Sequence record: MG752970.1
Reading direction: 5' to 3' (one strand)
DNA: 64,000 bases
Position 1 is the first letter of the stretch, and every line of letters begins with the position of its first letter. Shown here piece after piece: positions 1 through 10,050 of this stretch. Both the position numbers and the translations under genes were made by a program. The notes beneath the pieces were generated by a model. That model had not been told where the DNA came from. It did not search any database and worked only from the letters and a program-made list of their open reading frames with translations.

Positions 1-2
1 CG

Positions 3-2123
3 TCATATATAGCTACGTTTTCGGCTCTATATCCAGATCCTCTTGGTTCTACAAATTTATCGTCTACAAATACGTATGACGTCAATAGCTCGGCTATTGT
101 TTTTACTGGTGCCTGGAATAAAGATCAAGGTGCACCTAATTCAACATGGAGAGCATTTACCACAGGAACCAACCAAAAAGCATCATTTGTAACAGATGCT
201 ACATCATTTGTGATAACTCTTCAGAAAGAATTTGGTTGGGGTAGTGCAAAGGTTATGGTTGGTTCAACGCAATATGCCACACTGACCAGCAATGATGCAG
301 TAGGTGGAGGATTCTTACAAGATGTTACTGTGAGTGGTCTTCCTTCGGGGACAAAAACAATTGACATTATTTCAACTACGGCAGCAGCAAAACCGTTTGT
401 GTTTACAAAACTGTCGTACACGAAAACGTCAACATATTCTCAGGTTAATGAGAATGTAGTATTGAATTACGCATACTCTTATGTTCCACCATTTGCTCCT
501 AAAAATCCTAGATTGCAGGGAGGCATGGTTACGTGGGATGCGTCCAATAGAACTGATTTAGATATTACGATTCCTAGAGATAATTCTAATCTTACTGAGT
601 ATAGAGTTTATTCTAGATTTCCAACATATTGCGTATATTATTTCCAGGGTAAACAGGACATATTATCTCAGTACGATATTGTAATCATAGAACCATCTGC
701 CGTGTCGCGTCAACAGGTAAAGGCATGGCAGGATAAAGGAATCAAAGTTTTCGGTTATGTATCATTTGGTGAAGAGGATGGAGAAAGACCAGATATTTTT
801 GATTTAGCTAGTTCAGCCCTCGGTCCGCATAAAGACGATCAAGGCGGTCCTGGAGGATACGCATCTTACTATAACAAAGGTGGTAATCTATTTGGTGAGG
901 CAAGCGAATGTCAATTAGATAACCAGCGGGTTCTGGGGACTAAAACATGCGCTGTTGGAAACCCAAAATATTTTACTGGAACTGGAAGATGCAGTACATC
1001 ATGCACTAATGACTGGCGAGATGGTTATATAACTCAGCAAGCAGGAGGAACATGTAAGGCAGGGTTCACTATCCATAATAATTGGATTAGAGACGCCATG
1101 ACGGCATGTTCCAATAAATCATGTCCTAGTTATACTCCTGTCAATCAGAAGTGTACCCAATACGTTCCTAGCGATGTTAAATGGGGCCAGGATTATAGCA
1201 TGGCGACTCCGAATTATCCCGACCAAAATGGAATATGGGGTTCTTCATTTATTAATCCTATAGCTCCACGCTGGAAACAAAAACTGCAAAATTTCTACAT
1301 GCCAACAGTTTTTGGTACTGGTCAGAATTTTACAGAAACTTACACCTGCGCTTCTCATACTAATTCAGATGGCTCTACTAAACTGGTATTCCGTTTGAAT
1401 AATTATCCGATTGACGATAATGAAACGTTTACGGTTAAGAGCGCAGATGGAACTATTGAGTATAAGAAGAACTTGGATTATAGCTATGATGCTACTGCTG
1501 GTGTTATAGCAATAGAGCCTACTGCGGGGGTGGATGCTGGATACACTGCACCTGTTGCTGGAACACAATTCAGTGTGACTTATCAGAAGAAAGGATTGCA
1601 GTGCGATGGAATTTTTATGGATACGGTAGATACGGTTGATGTTTACCCATCTGAGCAGTTCAATCAAGCTATGGCTGATATGATTAACTCTCTTAAAGCT
1701 AGCAATCCTACAAAATATTTCTGTAGCAATAGAGGATTTAGTGTTTTAGACAAGATCATTTCATCATGTTCGCACGTGATGTTCGAAACCTTTCTATCTG
1801 AATATAACTGGGATACCGGTCAATATTATGAAATTACGGATCCAGATTCGGTGTCATTCAATGATGGGATAAAGAAGCAATTGCGAAATCTTAGAAGACA
1901 ACATAAGTTTGATGTGTTTGCTCTTAATTATTGCGATAACGGACCGTCAGGTGATGCTCTGCGTCAGAAAATAAATGATCAATGCTATGCTGAAGGTTAT
2001 ATGAGTTGGACATCTACTATCGATCTAAATGACCCACTTCCGGTTATTCCAATGAATGTGAATCCGGGAGGTGCTATAAGATCTAATACGTGGATGATGC
2101 TAAGAAAATCTAAGGTTCAATAA
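3..2123 (+). CDS. GH114/GH166 (PelA/Ega3-like) endo-alpha-1,4-galactosaminidase-type glycoside hydrolase, likely virion-associated; 5'-truncated by the window edge
   Basis: The frame is open from base 3, before the GTG at 210. Motifs YDIVIIEP, KVFGYVSFGEE, DGIFMDTVD, NRGF and VMFET match the TM1410/PelA hydrolase TIM-barrel pattern. Located in the tail module. Confidence 0.75.
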   Translation, partial: SYIATFSALYPDPLGSTNLSSTNTYDVNSSAIVFTGAWNKDQGAPNSTWRAFTTGTNQKASFVTDATSFVITLQKEFGWGSAKVMVGSTQYATLTSNDAVGGGFLQDVTVSGLPSGTKTIDIISTTAAAKPFVFTKLSYTKTSTYSQVNENVVLNYAYSYVPPFAPKNPRLQGGMVTWDASNRTDLDITIPRDNSNLTEYRVYSRFPTYCVYYFQGKQDILSQYDIVIIEPSAVSRQQVKAWQDKGIKVFGYVSFGEEDGERPDIFDLASSALGPHKDDQGGPGGYASYYNKGGNLFGEASECQLDNQRVLGTKTCAVGNPKYFTGTGRCSTSCTNDWRDGYITQQAGGTCKAGFTIHNNWIRDAMTACSNKSCPSYTPVNQKCTQYVPSDVKWGQDYSMATPNYPDQNGIWGSSFINPIAPRWKQKLQNFYMPTVFGTGQNFTETYTCASHTNSDGSTKLVFRLNNYPIDDNETFTVKSADGTIEYKKNLDYSYDATAGVIAIEPTAGVDAGYTAPVAGTQFSVTYQKKGLQCDGIFMDTVDTVDVYPSEQFNQAMADMINSLKASNPTKYFCSNRGFSVLDKIISSCSHVMFETFLSEYNWDTGQYYEITDPDSVSFNDGIKKQLRNLRRQHKFDVFALNYCDNGPSGDALRQKINDQCYAEGYMSWTSTIDLNDPLPVIPMNVNPGGAIRSNTWMMLRKSKVQ

Positions 2124-2133
2124 GGGTGATGAT

Positions 2134-2382
2134 ATGTCGGATATAAATCCTAATGAAGTAAATCCATTTCTTACAGATATTCCTGTTGTTTCTATTGTCA
2201 CACAGGTTAGATTGGTAAACGGCGTTGAAGTTGAGACGCCGGTTTCTGATTGTATTAGAGTTTGGGGTAGATTGAATGGGGCTGCAAAAAGAGATGCACA
2301 CAAAAATCCTATAATCCCTAATTCTCAGCCTATTAGAATTATACCTGATCCGTACGGAATGGATAAACAGAGAAATTTCTAA
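2134..2382 (+). CDS. hypothetical protein (82 aa)
   Basis: ATG ORF with GGTGA-like RBS, collinear with neighbours. Confidence 0.6.
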   Translation: MSDINPNEVNPFLTDIPVVSIVTQVRLVNGVEVETPVSDCIRVWGRLNGAAKRDAHKNPIIPNSQPIRIIPDPYGMDKQRNF

Positions 2383-2395
2383 CGAGTATAGAAAC

Positions 2396-2403
2396 CATAA
2401 ATA
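2396..2403 (+). promoter_or_regulatory. T4-like late promoter (CATAAATA)
   Basis: Intergenic, 30 nt before ATG 2434. The same motif recurs before other structural genes. T4 late consensus is TATAAATA. Confidence 0.65.
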
Positions 2404-2433
2404 ACAGAATATAGAACACTAGAGGATTCATCC

Positions 2434-3012
2434 ATGAATGATTGTCAAAACATCCAAGCTACAAGTCGAATCGTAGCAAGTTATCTCGACACTGGTGAGG
2501 TTGTCGCTGATTTCACTAATGCGGTTCATCCGCAAAATATGGCTAGAATCATTGCAAGAGGTCTAGCTCGTGAAACTAACGGTTGGATTCATAAAATGGC
2601 TTTTGGTAATGGCGGAACTCACATTAACTCGGGTTTAACTATTACTTATCTTACGCCGAACACCGTTGGTACTGCAGCATCTTTGTATAATCAAACATAC
2701 GAAGAAATTATTGATGATTCCAACGTTTCGGTTGGTCCAGGTAATTCGTGTATTTCATCGGCTTCTCCTGATCCAGCTATAACATCGGTTGTTACGTGTA
2801 CTTGCGTTATAGCGGCAAATGAACCGTCCGGTCAGGCAAATTCAGATGGTACAACTACGGATCCAGATAGTCTGTACACATTTGATGAATTGGGGTTGTT
2901 TACGGCTGATGCGCAACCATTAATGCTTACTCATGCTATTTTTTCTCCAATTGAAAAAACAGGTAATAGAGCAATGCTTATCAACTATACGCTGACAATC
3001 TCAGTTAACTGA
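2434..3012 (+). CDS. putative baseplate/tail structural protein
   Basis: Follows a late promoter. C-terminal YTFDELGLF...THAIFSPIEK...INYTL resembles phage tail-fibre-proximal/baseplate domains. Confidence 0.5.
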   Translation: MNDCQNIQATSRIVASYLDTGEVVADFTNAVHPQNMARIIARGLARETNGWIHKMAFGNGGTHINSGLTITYLTPNTVGTAASLYNQTYEEIIDDSNVSVGPGNSCISSASPDPAITSVVTCTCVIAANEPSGQANSDGTTTDPDSLYTFDELGLFTADAQPLMLTHAIFSPIEKTGNRAMLINYTLTISVN

Positions 3013-3031
3013 TTTTAGTTTCAACAATTTG

Positions 3032-3058
3032 AAAATGGGACCGAAAGGTCCCATTTTT
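3032..3058 (+). terminator. rho-independent terminator
   Basis: AAAATGGGACC-GAAA-GGTCCCATTTT stem with a GNRA loop and a T tract. Confidence 0.85.
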
Positions 3059-3086
3059 CGTTTATGGAATCAATTTCATAAAGTCT

Positions 3087-3094
3087 CATAAATA
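3087..3094 (+). promoter_or_regulatory. T4-like late promoter (CATAAATA)
   Basis: Directly after the terminator and 28 nt before ATG 3123. Confidence 0.7.
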
Positions 3095-3122
3095 GCTAAT
3101 CTAAGGATTTAAAGGACGCAAC

Positions 3123-3344
3123 ATGACTAACGTTTACAGCACTACCGACATTGTTTTGGCAGCAACACTTCGCTGCCTTGGTTATAAGCTTGCTAACATA
3201 GTTAAGAACGGAAATAAGGGCACGTTCCAATTTGAAGGCGTCGACGAGGATGTACTGAACAAGTATGATCTAGGCGAACTGCGTGTGGAACCTTCCGAAT
3301 TTAACCACAACATAAAGGCCCTGACGACAGCGTCTAGGAGATAA
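3123..3344 (+). CDS. small phage protein, DUF5659-like
   Basis: TTDIVLAATLRCLGYKL pattern; AAGGA RBS. Confidence 0.45.
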   Translation: MTNVYSTTDIVLAATLRCLGYKLANIVKNGNKGTFQFEGVDEDVLNKYDLGELRVEPSEFNHNIKALTTASRR

Positions 3345-3346
3345 TT

Positions 3347-3568
3347 TTGCCAGTATGTAATAACCCGTACGTTCATACGCAAGATATTGCGGCCGTAACT
3401 TGGCCGATTGCGCATGGGCTTAATACATATCCCATTGTAGAAATTTTGATCGATGATGGAAATGGTGGCTGGATGGTAATGATTCCAGCTGAAATCCATG
3501 TAATAGACATGGATCATGTTGAAATTCAGTTTACATCAGCCAGAACCGGCAAAGCCATTTTAATTTAA
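3347..3568 (+). CDS. small tail-associated beta protein
   Basis: YVHTQ...TWPIAHGLNTYP...VEIQF pattern, typical of small ORFs next to tail-fibre genes; TTG start. Confidence 0.5.
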   Translation: MPVCNNPYVHTQDIAAVTWPIAHGLNTYPIVEILIDDGNGGWMVMIPAEIHVIDMDHVEIQFTSARTGKAILI

Positions 3569-3579
3569 GAGGATAAAGC

Positions 3580-5295
3580 ATGTTAATTGATGGAATTATG
3601 CTAACTGACACATCAAATGTTAGCAACATGCAGACGGAAAGTGGACCTGCGTTCCCATCAAATCCAAAGCAAGGACGAATATTCTATTTGAATACATCTA
3701 CCTCGCAGTATCAGCAAGGTTTGTATTTCTATGATGGTTCTGATTGGATTATTGGAGATATTTCGTCGGTAGACGTAGGAGCAAATAGTGGTCTAACCGG
3801 CGGCGGTGGTAGAGGTGACGTATCTTTGGCAGTTGATCCTACTAAATTTACGACTACGGCAAATTTTAATGCGCACGTAAATGACACTCAACGCCACCTT
3901 AGCCCATGGGCATCAGCATTAATCGCCGGCCTCAGCATACAGCTTACGTCAACGCATTTAAACCATTTAGTAGGTGTTAGATCTAACGTTCAAATTCAAT
4001 TGGATAATAAGTTGAGTTTGACCGGTGGTACCATAACAGGTCCGGTAATTCTACCAGGAGATCCTCCATTCCCACTCAGCCCAGCCACCAAAGCATATGT
4101 TGATAGTAAGGTGATGGGTATCGATGCTAAGAATTCCGTTAGAGTGGTTACTGCTGGGGATATTCCACTATTGGGACTTCAATCAATAGATGGATATCAG
4201 CTTGTCGAGGGCGACAGAGTTTTGGTTCGTCTGCAAAATGACATGAAAACCAACGGTATTTACATTGCATCCAGCGGTGTATGGACCAGAGCTCCCGACG
4301 CGAATAGTAATTCTAATTTTACGTCCGGAATTTATATTTTCGTTGAAACCGGAAACACGTATGGTGCAACTGCTTGGGTGTGTACTGATACTTCTATCAA
4401 TTTAGGTTACACCGATATCCATTTTGCGCAATTCTCTGGCATGAATGGAAATTCGTATACAGCCGGCCCAGGTCTAATTCTACAGGGAGGCACGTTTAGT
4501 GCGCAGTCCGTAGATTCAAGTAGAATTCTTATTAATGGAAGTGGTATCGATCTAGGTGCTGTTGGTAATCCTGGAACATTTAACCGAGTGTCGGTTGACA
4601 ACTATGGCCGTGTTCTTCTGGGAACGCTTGAAAATTATTTGCTAGAAAACCAACAGATTACTCTTAGTGGTGATGCTAGCGGTACAGGAAACACTTCAAT
4701 AACGGTAACGCTGGCAAACTCGGGTGTTACTGTAGGTACTTATAAGTCCGTGACTGTAGATGCTAAGGGCCGTGTTACTGCTGGTACCAATCCAACAACA
4801 TTGGCTGGATATGGTATTACTGATGCAGCTCCACTATCTCACGTTGGATCTAGTGGTGTTGCACAGCACGCAATTGCTACAACATCCGTGGCTGGATTCT
4901 TATCTCCGTCTGATAAGACGAAACTTGACGGGATTGCGTCGGGTGCAACGGGGCTTACATATGGAACAATCACTGATGGCACCAATACGGCAAGCCCTAG
5001 CTCAGTAAATAACGTTCTTAGAATGTTAAGTGCCAATGGATTACTAAGTATTGTTGTTACGGATAATTATTCTGGTAGTGATGATGCTGTGACATTCACG
5101 GTGAATGAGAGCAGCATTCAAATTGGAAATATTGCTGGTACATTGGCGATAGCTAAGGGTGGTACTGGGGCAACAGATGCCGCAACAGCTCGTACCAATT
5201 TGGGACTAGGAACCATGGCCCTGCAAAATGCAGCAAGCGTCGCTATTACGGGTGGTACCATTGATGGAATTGTGATAGACGGCGGCACATATTAA
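3580..5295 (+). CDS. tail fibre protein (571 aa)
   Basis: ATKAYVD motif, GDRVLV...NGIY...WTR domain, GTYKSVTVDAKGRVTAG fibre repeat, GGTGAT...ARTNLGLG C-terminus. Confidence 0.8.
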   Translation: MLIDGIMLTDTSNVSNMQTESGPAFPSNPKQGRIFYLNTSTSQYQQGLYFYDGSDWIIGDISSVDVGANSGLTGGGGRGDVSLAVDPTKFTTTANFNAHVNDTQRHLSPWASALIAGLSIQLTSTHLNHLVGVRSNVQIQLDNKLSLTGGTITGPVILPGDPPFPLSPATKAYVDSKVMGIDAKNSVRVVTAGDIPLLGLQSIDGYQLVEGDRVLVRLQNDMKTNGIYIASSGVWTRAPDANSNSNFTSGIYIFVETGNTYGATAWVCTDTSINLGYTDIHFAQFSGMNGNSYTAGPGLILQGGTFSAQSVDSSRILINGSGIDLGAVGNPGTFNRVSVDNYGRVLLGTLENYLLENQQITLSGDASGTGNTSITVTLANSGVTVGTYKSVTVDAKGRVTAGTNPTTLAGYGITDAAPLSHVGSSGVAQHAIATTSVAGFLSPSDKTKLDGIASGATGLTYGTITDGTNTASPSSVNNVLRMLSANGLLSIVVTDNYSGSDDAVTFTVNESSIQIGNIAGTLAIAKGGTGATDAATARTNLGLGTMALQNAASVAITGGTIDGIVIDGGTY

Positions 5296-5307
5296 ATCGG
5301 ATAGTAA

Positions 5308-8300
5308 ATGTCAAATACACTTCTCCTTAAGCGCTCAGCGGTTCCAGGAAAGACGCCGCTATTAACGGATTTGCAGCTAGGTCAGCTTGCTATTAACACA
5401 TATGATGGCAAGCTGTATACTAGAAAAGATAATGGAACGGCATCAATTATAGATCTTGGAAACATAACTTTGTCCGGTGATGTCACTGGATCTGGATCTG
5501 GTTCAATAACATTAACGTTAGCAAACTCTGGTGTTACGGCTGGAACTTATAAATCGGTAACCGTCGATGCTAAAGGACGAGTGACGGCTGGAACTAATCC
5601 CACCACTCTTGCTGGTTATGGAATAACTGATGGCGTAAACGTTTCATCGTTGGCTGCAGCAAATGGTGTTGCTACTTTAGATTCTTTTGGAAAGCTGTTG
5701 ACATCACAAATTCCTGCTTCTCTTGTTGGAGCGGTTGTTTATCAAGGGGTGTGGAATGCATCTACTAACTCTCCAACATTGACATCTGGTACTGGAACAA
5801 AGGGTAATTATTATAAAGTATCAGTAGCAGGTTCAACAAACATAGATGGCCATTCAAGTTGGAATATTGGAGATATGATTATCTTCAATGGAACGACATG
5901 GGATAAAATTGATGGAGTAGAATCTGAGGTTCTATCAGTTTTTGGTAGAACCGGTGTGGTAACGATGCTATCATCTGACGTTACCACCGCACTTGGTTAT
6001 ACACCACTTAGTGGAAACCAAAATATCACATTGTCAGGTGATGCTACTGGATCTGGGGCAACTTCTATCACTGTAACTCTAGCTGATTCAGGAGTAACGG
6101 CCGGAACATACTCATCAGTTACTGTTGATGCTAAAGGTAGAGTGACATCGGGTGGACAAATAAATTCAGGCACTGTTACGTCGGCTCTTGGATACACGCC
6201 TGTTCAGACAGTTGCGGGAAGAACAGGAAACGTAGTACTAACGACTAGCGATGTTACCGGTTACGGTACTGTGAGTGACTCGGTATTTTCGATTACCAAC
6301 AATTCCGATCCTACAAAAATTGCGAAATTTGATGCAAGCGGTATTTCAACAGGAACAACGAACACTTATACGCTTCCATCGGTTACTGGTACTCTAGCAA
6401 GTCTCGCGAATATTTCGCAAACATTTACAGGCACCACAACATTTTCGGGTACATCCGTTACTGTGGGAAGTTCGACTGCAACCGCGACGTATGGCTTTGG
6501 ATCTGGTGCTACGGTAAACGGATCTACAAAGACTATTAACATTGGTACGTCTGGTGTTTCAGGTTCTACTACTGCTATAACTGTCGGTTCAACTACGTCC
6601 ACGACGACAATTGCCCTTAATGGTGCGGTAACTGCATCAACACCAACTACCGCGGATAACAGTACGCTTATAGCTACCACCGCTTTTGTTAAAAATCAGG
6701 GATATGCGCAATCATCCGCATTAAGTGCTTCGTCTGGTTCTTCACTCGTTAATTTTATCGCATCTGGATCTGCTGCAGTATCAAGAACTGTTCAATCCGT
6801 TTTGCGTGATACATTCAACGTTCGCAATTATGGTGCTGTTGGTAATGGGGTTACAGATGACACTGCTGCCCTTAATGCCATGTTTGCGATGATTCAGTCT
6901 AATGCAACTGTCGTAGACGTTTATTTCCCGGCCGGAAACTACATTTATTCAGGAAGTGGATTAACCGGTAATGCATATGTTGGAAGAATCCGTGGTGATG
7001 GTCCAACAGCATCTATGATTACTGCAGCATCAAGCGCGGTTACGGGTTCTGCACTTACATTCACTGCAACTGCCGATGGACTAACACTGCAGGATATAGG
7101 TATTTTTGGTCCGGGTCAAGGTGCTGCTGGTGGTCAAGACGGCGTGGTTATATCGAACGGTGGATCACCTGTTCGTCAGCCAAGATTTGTAAATTGCGAA
7201 ATTTACAATTGGCCAGGAAAAGCATTGAATGTTACAACACCAATAGCCGGTTCTGCACATAATTGCCGCTTCCAGAATAACATTCATGGCGTATATTTGA
7301 GTGGTGGAACAAGCTTTACATTCTATAACTGCTATCCTAATGGTAATAAGAAGTCGGGATACTGGTTGAATGGTACCACATATAGCACCTTCAACGGCTG
7401 CGCGGCAGATACCAATGGTATTGCATACTTACTGTCTGGATCAACTGCTATCACCCTTGTAGGATGTGGTAATGAAGCGGGTACTGCTAATAATTTGACC
7501 ATTACGAACAGTTCGCTTACGTCCAACGTTGCAACATTCACATACTCCGGTCCTGATCAATCGGCTGATTTTATAGGTAATGGTAGAACCGTGATTATTC
7601 AGGGTTCAACAAACATCCCAGCTGCCAACGCGGGTATATCTGGTCTTGGTGATGGTCGCTGGCCTATAGCATCTGTTGGTACAAATACAATTAGTATTAA
7701 CTTGACAAGTGCAAACATTTCTTCAGCTGCTGATACGGGTACGGCTAGCTTCTGGGCTGGAGATGGTGTCGTTATAAACGGATCTACGATTATTCAAATT
7801 CAGGGTTACAGAACAATAGCTCCAGCACAGACAAGCAGCTCTATGCTGGTGACTGAAGGTTCTGCTAACCAGGTTACCGTGACTGGTATGCGTAGCACAC
7901 AGGGAAGTGGATCTCTGCAGCTTGTTGATATGTGGTTGGGTAACGGCACTGCGAACATTATACGGATGAATAACGCATTCACCGGCGGTACTTATTCGGC
8001 TGCAAACAATATTTCGACGGTGTCAAACGGAACATGGACGCTTCCTACTGTTACAGGCGTAAATGCTTTAAACTCTAACGGAAACCTTTCTCTTACGACG
8101 ACTGCTTCGGCCACATCAGGTACCAATAATAACAGTCCAACTGCTTTTCTGATTGGCACATACTGGACAGGCACCGCATCATCGCAAGATGTGGTTGCTA
8201 TTCAGTCAAAGCCTGCTACCGGTGCAAATCCTTTAATTTCATTGAACTTCCAGCATCAATCTGGATCTTCAGGTGGTATGCAATTGTCGGTTAATGGAAC

Positions 8301-9081
8301 TCCATTCTTGTCTGGAAACAGTCAGTTTATTGGTACTAGCATTAACACGTCGGGTAATGCTACTATTGGTGGCACATTGAGTGTGACTGGTGTTGCAACG
8401 GCCCCTACAGCAGCACCAGGAACTAACACCACACAAATTGCTACAACGGCATTTGTGCAAACCGCGACATCTTCATATCTGCCGCTTGCTGGTGGAACGG
8501 TTACTGGTGCTATTACGTTGAACGCGGCTCCGGTTGTAAATGGAACAGCGGGATGGACGACTGTAAGCTGGAATAAGGGAATGAGACTATCTCCATCCAC
8601 TGCTATTGAATTTGCGGGTCCTTCTAGCAACCACTTTGGTATAGGTAACTCTGGCGGTACGCTGTATTTCTTCACAAACACTGCCGATGATAACTCAGCA
8701 GCTCCTAACTATTTCATGACTGCCAATAGTTCAGGAACCGTGACGTACAATGCACCGGTTAATGGTACGTTCTTTAACGTATCTGTTTCGGGTGCGGTTG
8801 CAGCAGCAGGTACTACGCAAGGAACGGCTACAGCGCTAACTTCATCGGTTAATGTGGTTACATCAGGAACAGGTGGAGTAGTTCTTCCAGCTGCAACAGG
8901 AGGAATGGAGTTGGTGGTTATCAATACTACAGGTTCTGCTATTAACGTATATCCAGCTTCAGGCGGTCAAATTGACTCGTTGGGAGCTAATGTAGCATTC
9001 TCGTTGGGAGCGGGAGCTAAATTGTGCTATGTTGCTACATCTACTACCCAATGGTATTCATTGACTGCAGTGTATGCATGA
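5308..9081 (+). CDS. tail spike/fibre with pectate-lyase-3-like beta-helix (putative depolymerase), 1257 aa
   Basis: N-terminal LLLKRS...LAINTYDGKLY anchor domain and fibre repeats. FNVRNYGAVGNGVTDDTAAL...YFPAGNY marks the start of a right-handed beta-helix. Confidence 0.8.
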   Translation: MSNTLLLKRSAVPGKTPLLTDLQLGQLAINTYDGKLYTRKDNGTASIIDLGNITLSGDVTGSGSGSITLTLANSGVTAGTYKSVTVDAKGRVTAGTNPTTLAGYGITDGVNVSSLAAANGVATLDSFGKLLTSQIPASLVGAVVYQGVWNASTNSPTLTSGTGTKGNYYKVSVAGSTNIDGHSSWNIGDMIIFNGTTWDKIDGVESEVLSVFGRTGVVTMLSSDVTTALGYTPLSGNQNITLSGDATGSGATSITVTLADSGVTAGTYSSVTVDAKGRVTSGGQINSGTVTSALGYTPVQTVAGRTGNVVLTTSDVTGYGTVSDSVFSITNNSDPTKIAKFDASGISTGTTNTYTLPSVTGTLASLANISQTFTGTTTFSGTSVTVGSSTATATYGFGSGATVNGSTKTINIGTSGVSGSTTAITVGSTTSTTTIALNGAVTASTPTTADNSTLIATTAFVKNQGYAQSSALSASSGSSLVNFIASGSAAVSRTVQSVLRDTFNVRNYGAVGNGVTDDTAALNAMFAMIQSNATVVDVYFPAGNYIYSGSGLTGNAYVGRIRGDGPTASMITAASSAVTGSALTFTATADGLTLQDIGIFGPGQGAAGGQDGVVISNGGSPVRQPRFVNCEIYNWPGKALNVTTPIAGSAHNCRFQNNIHGVYLSGGTSFTFYNCYPNGNKKSGYWLNGTTYSTFNGCAADTNGIAYLLSGSTAITLVGCGNEAGTANNLTITNSSLTSNVATFTYSGPDQSADFIGNGRTVIIQGSTNIPAANAGISGLGDGRWPIASVGTNTISINLTSANISSAADTGTASFWAGDGVVINGSTIIQIQGYRTIAPAQTSSSMLVTEGSANQVTVTGMRSTQGSGSLQLVDMWLGNGTANIIRMNNAFTGGTYSAANNISTVSNGTWTLPTVTGVNALNSNGNLSLTTTASATSGTNNNSPTAFLIGTYWTGTASSQDVVAIQSKPATGANPLISLNFQHQSGSSGGMQLSVNGTPFLSGNSQFIGTSINTSGNATIGGTLSVTGVATAPTAAPGTNTTQIATTAFVQTATSSYLPLAGGTVTGAITLNAAPVVNGTAGWTTVSWNKGMRLSPSTAIEFAGPSSNHFGIGNSGGTLYFFTNTADDNSAAPNYFMTANSSGTVTYNAPVNGTFFNVSVSGAVAAAGTTQGTATALTSSVNVVTSGTGGVVLPAATGGMELVVINTTGSAINVYPASGGQIDSLGANVAFSLGAGAKLCYVATSTTQWYSLTAVYA

Positions 9082-9116
9082 TAGGTAAATAAACCATCAA
9101 ATAAACTGATTCCTAT

Positions 9117-9977
9117 ATGTCATACGTAAAAGGTGGTGCTGCATCGGCAGCAGACGTCAATTCAATAATCAATGATATCAATTTGATAGTTGGGTCTCCA
9201 TCCGGTTCTGGCGCGGCAGCATATGGTTGGAATCAAACGTCGCTTACTTTATCAACACTGTCTAGTGGACAACCGGTTTTGGCGTCAACATGGTCTGCAA
9301 TACAATCTAGATTGCAGACCATCATGAATCATACGGGAACCACTATATCTGGTTTTCCTTCTGGATCTGCATTTACCAGTGGAAATGCCCATGCATATAT
9401 TTTGGTTTTGGATGGAATTACTACTACATTAAAAAGTAACAGATTTAATTTGGGATCTGGTACACTAGAAAGTAACGTACAATCAACAAAAACTAGAACG
9501 ACTGCATGGGGTGGTGGAGCAGCTGGAATTATACATGATATTGTTTTTGTGTTTTCTACTGCAGCACATATGCAAGCATTTTTTAATGCTGGTGGTAAAT
9601 TCAGTTTTACTGCATCAAGAACGGGTGGTTCTGCTACAACGCAGAATACGTCATGGACTACATTGTTGTCTACAATGGGAACTTACTCGTTTACTAGAAA
9701 CGAATTTTATAACGCTACCTCAACTTTAGCGAATACCGCACAATGGGTATCCACTAGCGCGTATTCTGCAAATACTATAACTGCTGCTTGCTCTGTTCCT
9801 GCATCAAATCAATTCAGAGTTCAAATGAGCTATTATGACGGTCACACTAATAGTTTCTCCGATTCTGTAGATGGAACTTTTACAAGCACCATCACAACCG
9901 TCAGACCTTCTACTCTATATCTAAACAATCCAGCGATTGCATTTCCTACTCTGGGCACGGATTCAAGCACTATCTAA
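9117..9977 (+). CDS. putative tail structural protein (286 aa)
   Basis: Ser/Thr/Gly-rich beta protein between fibre genes; core TAAATA at 9086-9091 upstream. Confidence 0.55.
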   Translation: MSYVKGGAASAADVNSIINDINLIVGSPSGSGAAAYGWNQTSLTLSTLSSGQPVLASTWSAIQSRLQTIMNHTGTTISGFPSGSAFTSGNAHAYILVLDGITTTLKSNRFNLGSGTLESNVQSTKTRTTAWGGGAAGIIHDIVFVFSTAAHMQAFFNAGGKFSFTASRTGGSATTQNTSWTTLLSTMGTYSFTRNEFYNATSTLANTAQWVSTSAYSANTITAACSVPASNQFRVQMSYYDGHTNSFSDSVDGTFTSTITTVRPSTLYLNNPAIAFPTLGTDSSTI

Positions 9978-9994
9978 GGTTAGTCCTTAATCTT

Positions 9995-10002
9995 CATAAA
10001 TA
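9995..10002 (+). promoter_or_regulatory. T4-like late promoter (CATAAATA)
   Basis: Intergenic, upstream of the 1369 aa fibre gene. Confidence 0.65.
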
Positions 10003-10050
10003 GTCTATGTAACTCATAGACTATTTTTCTTAGAGCAGCGGGAAACTTCA

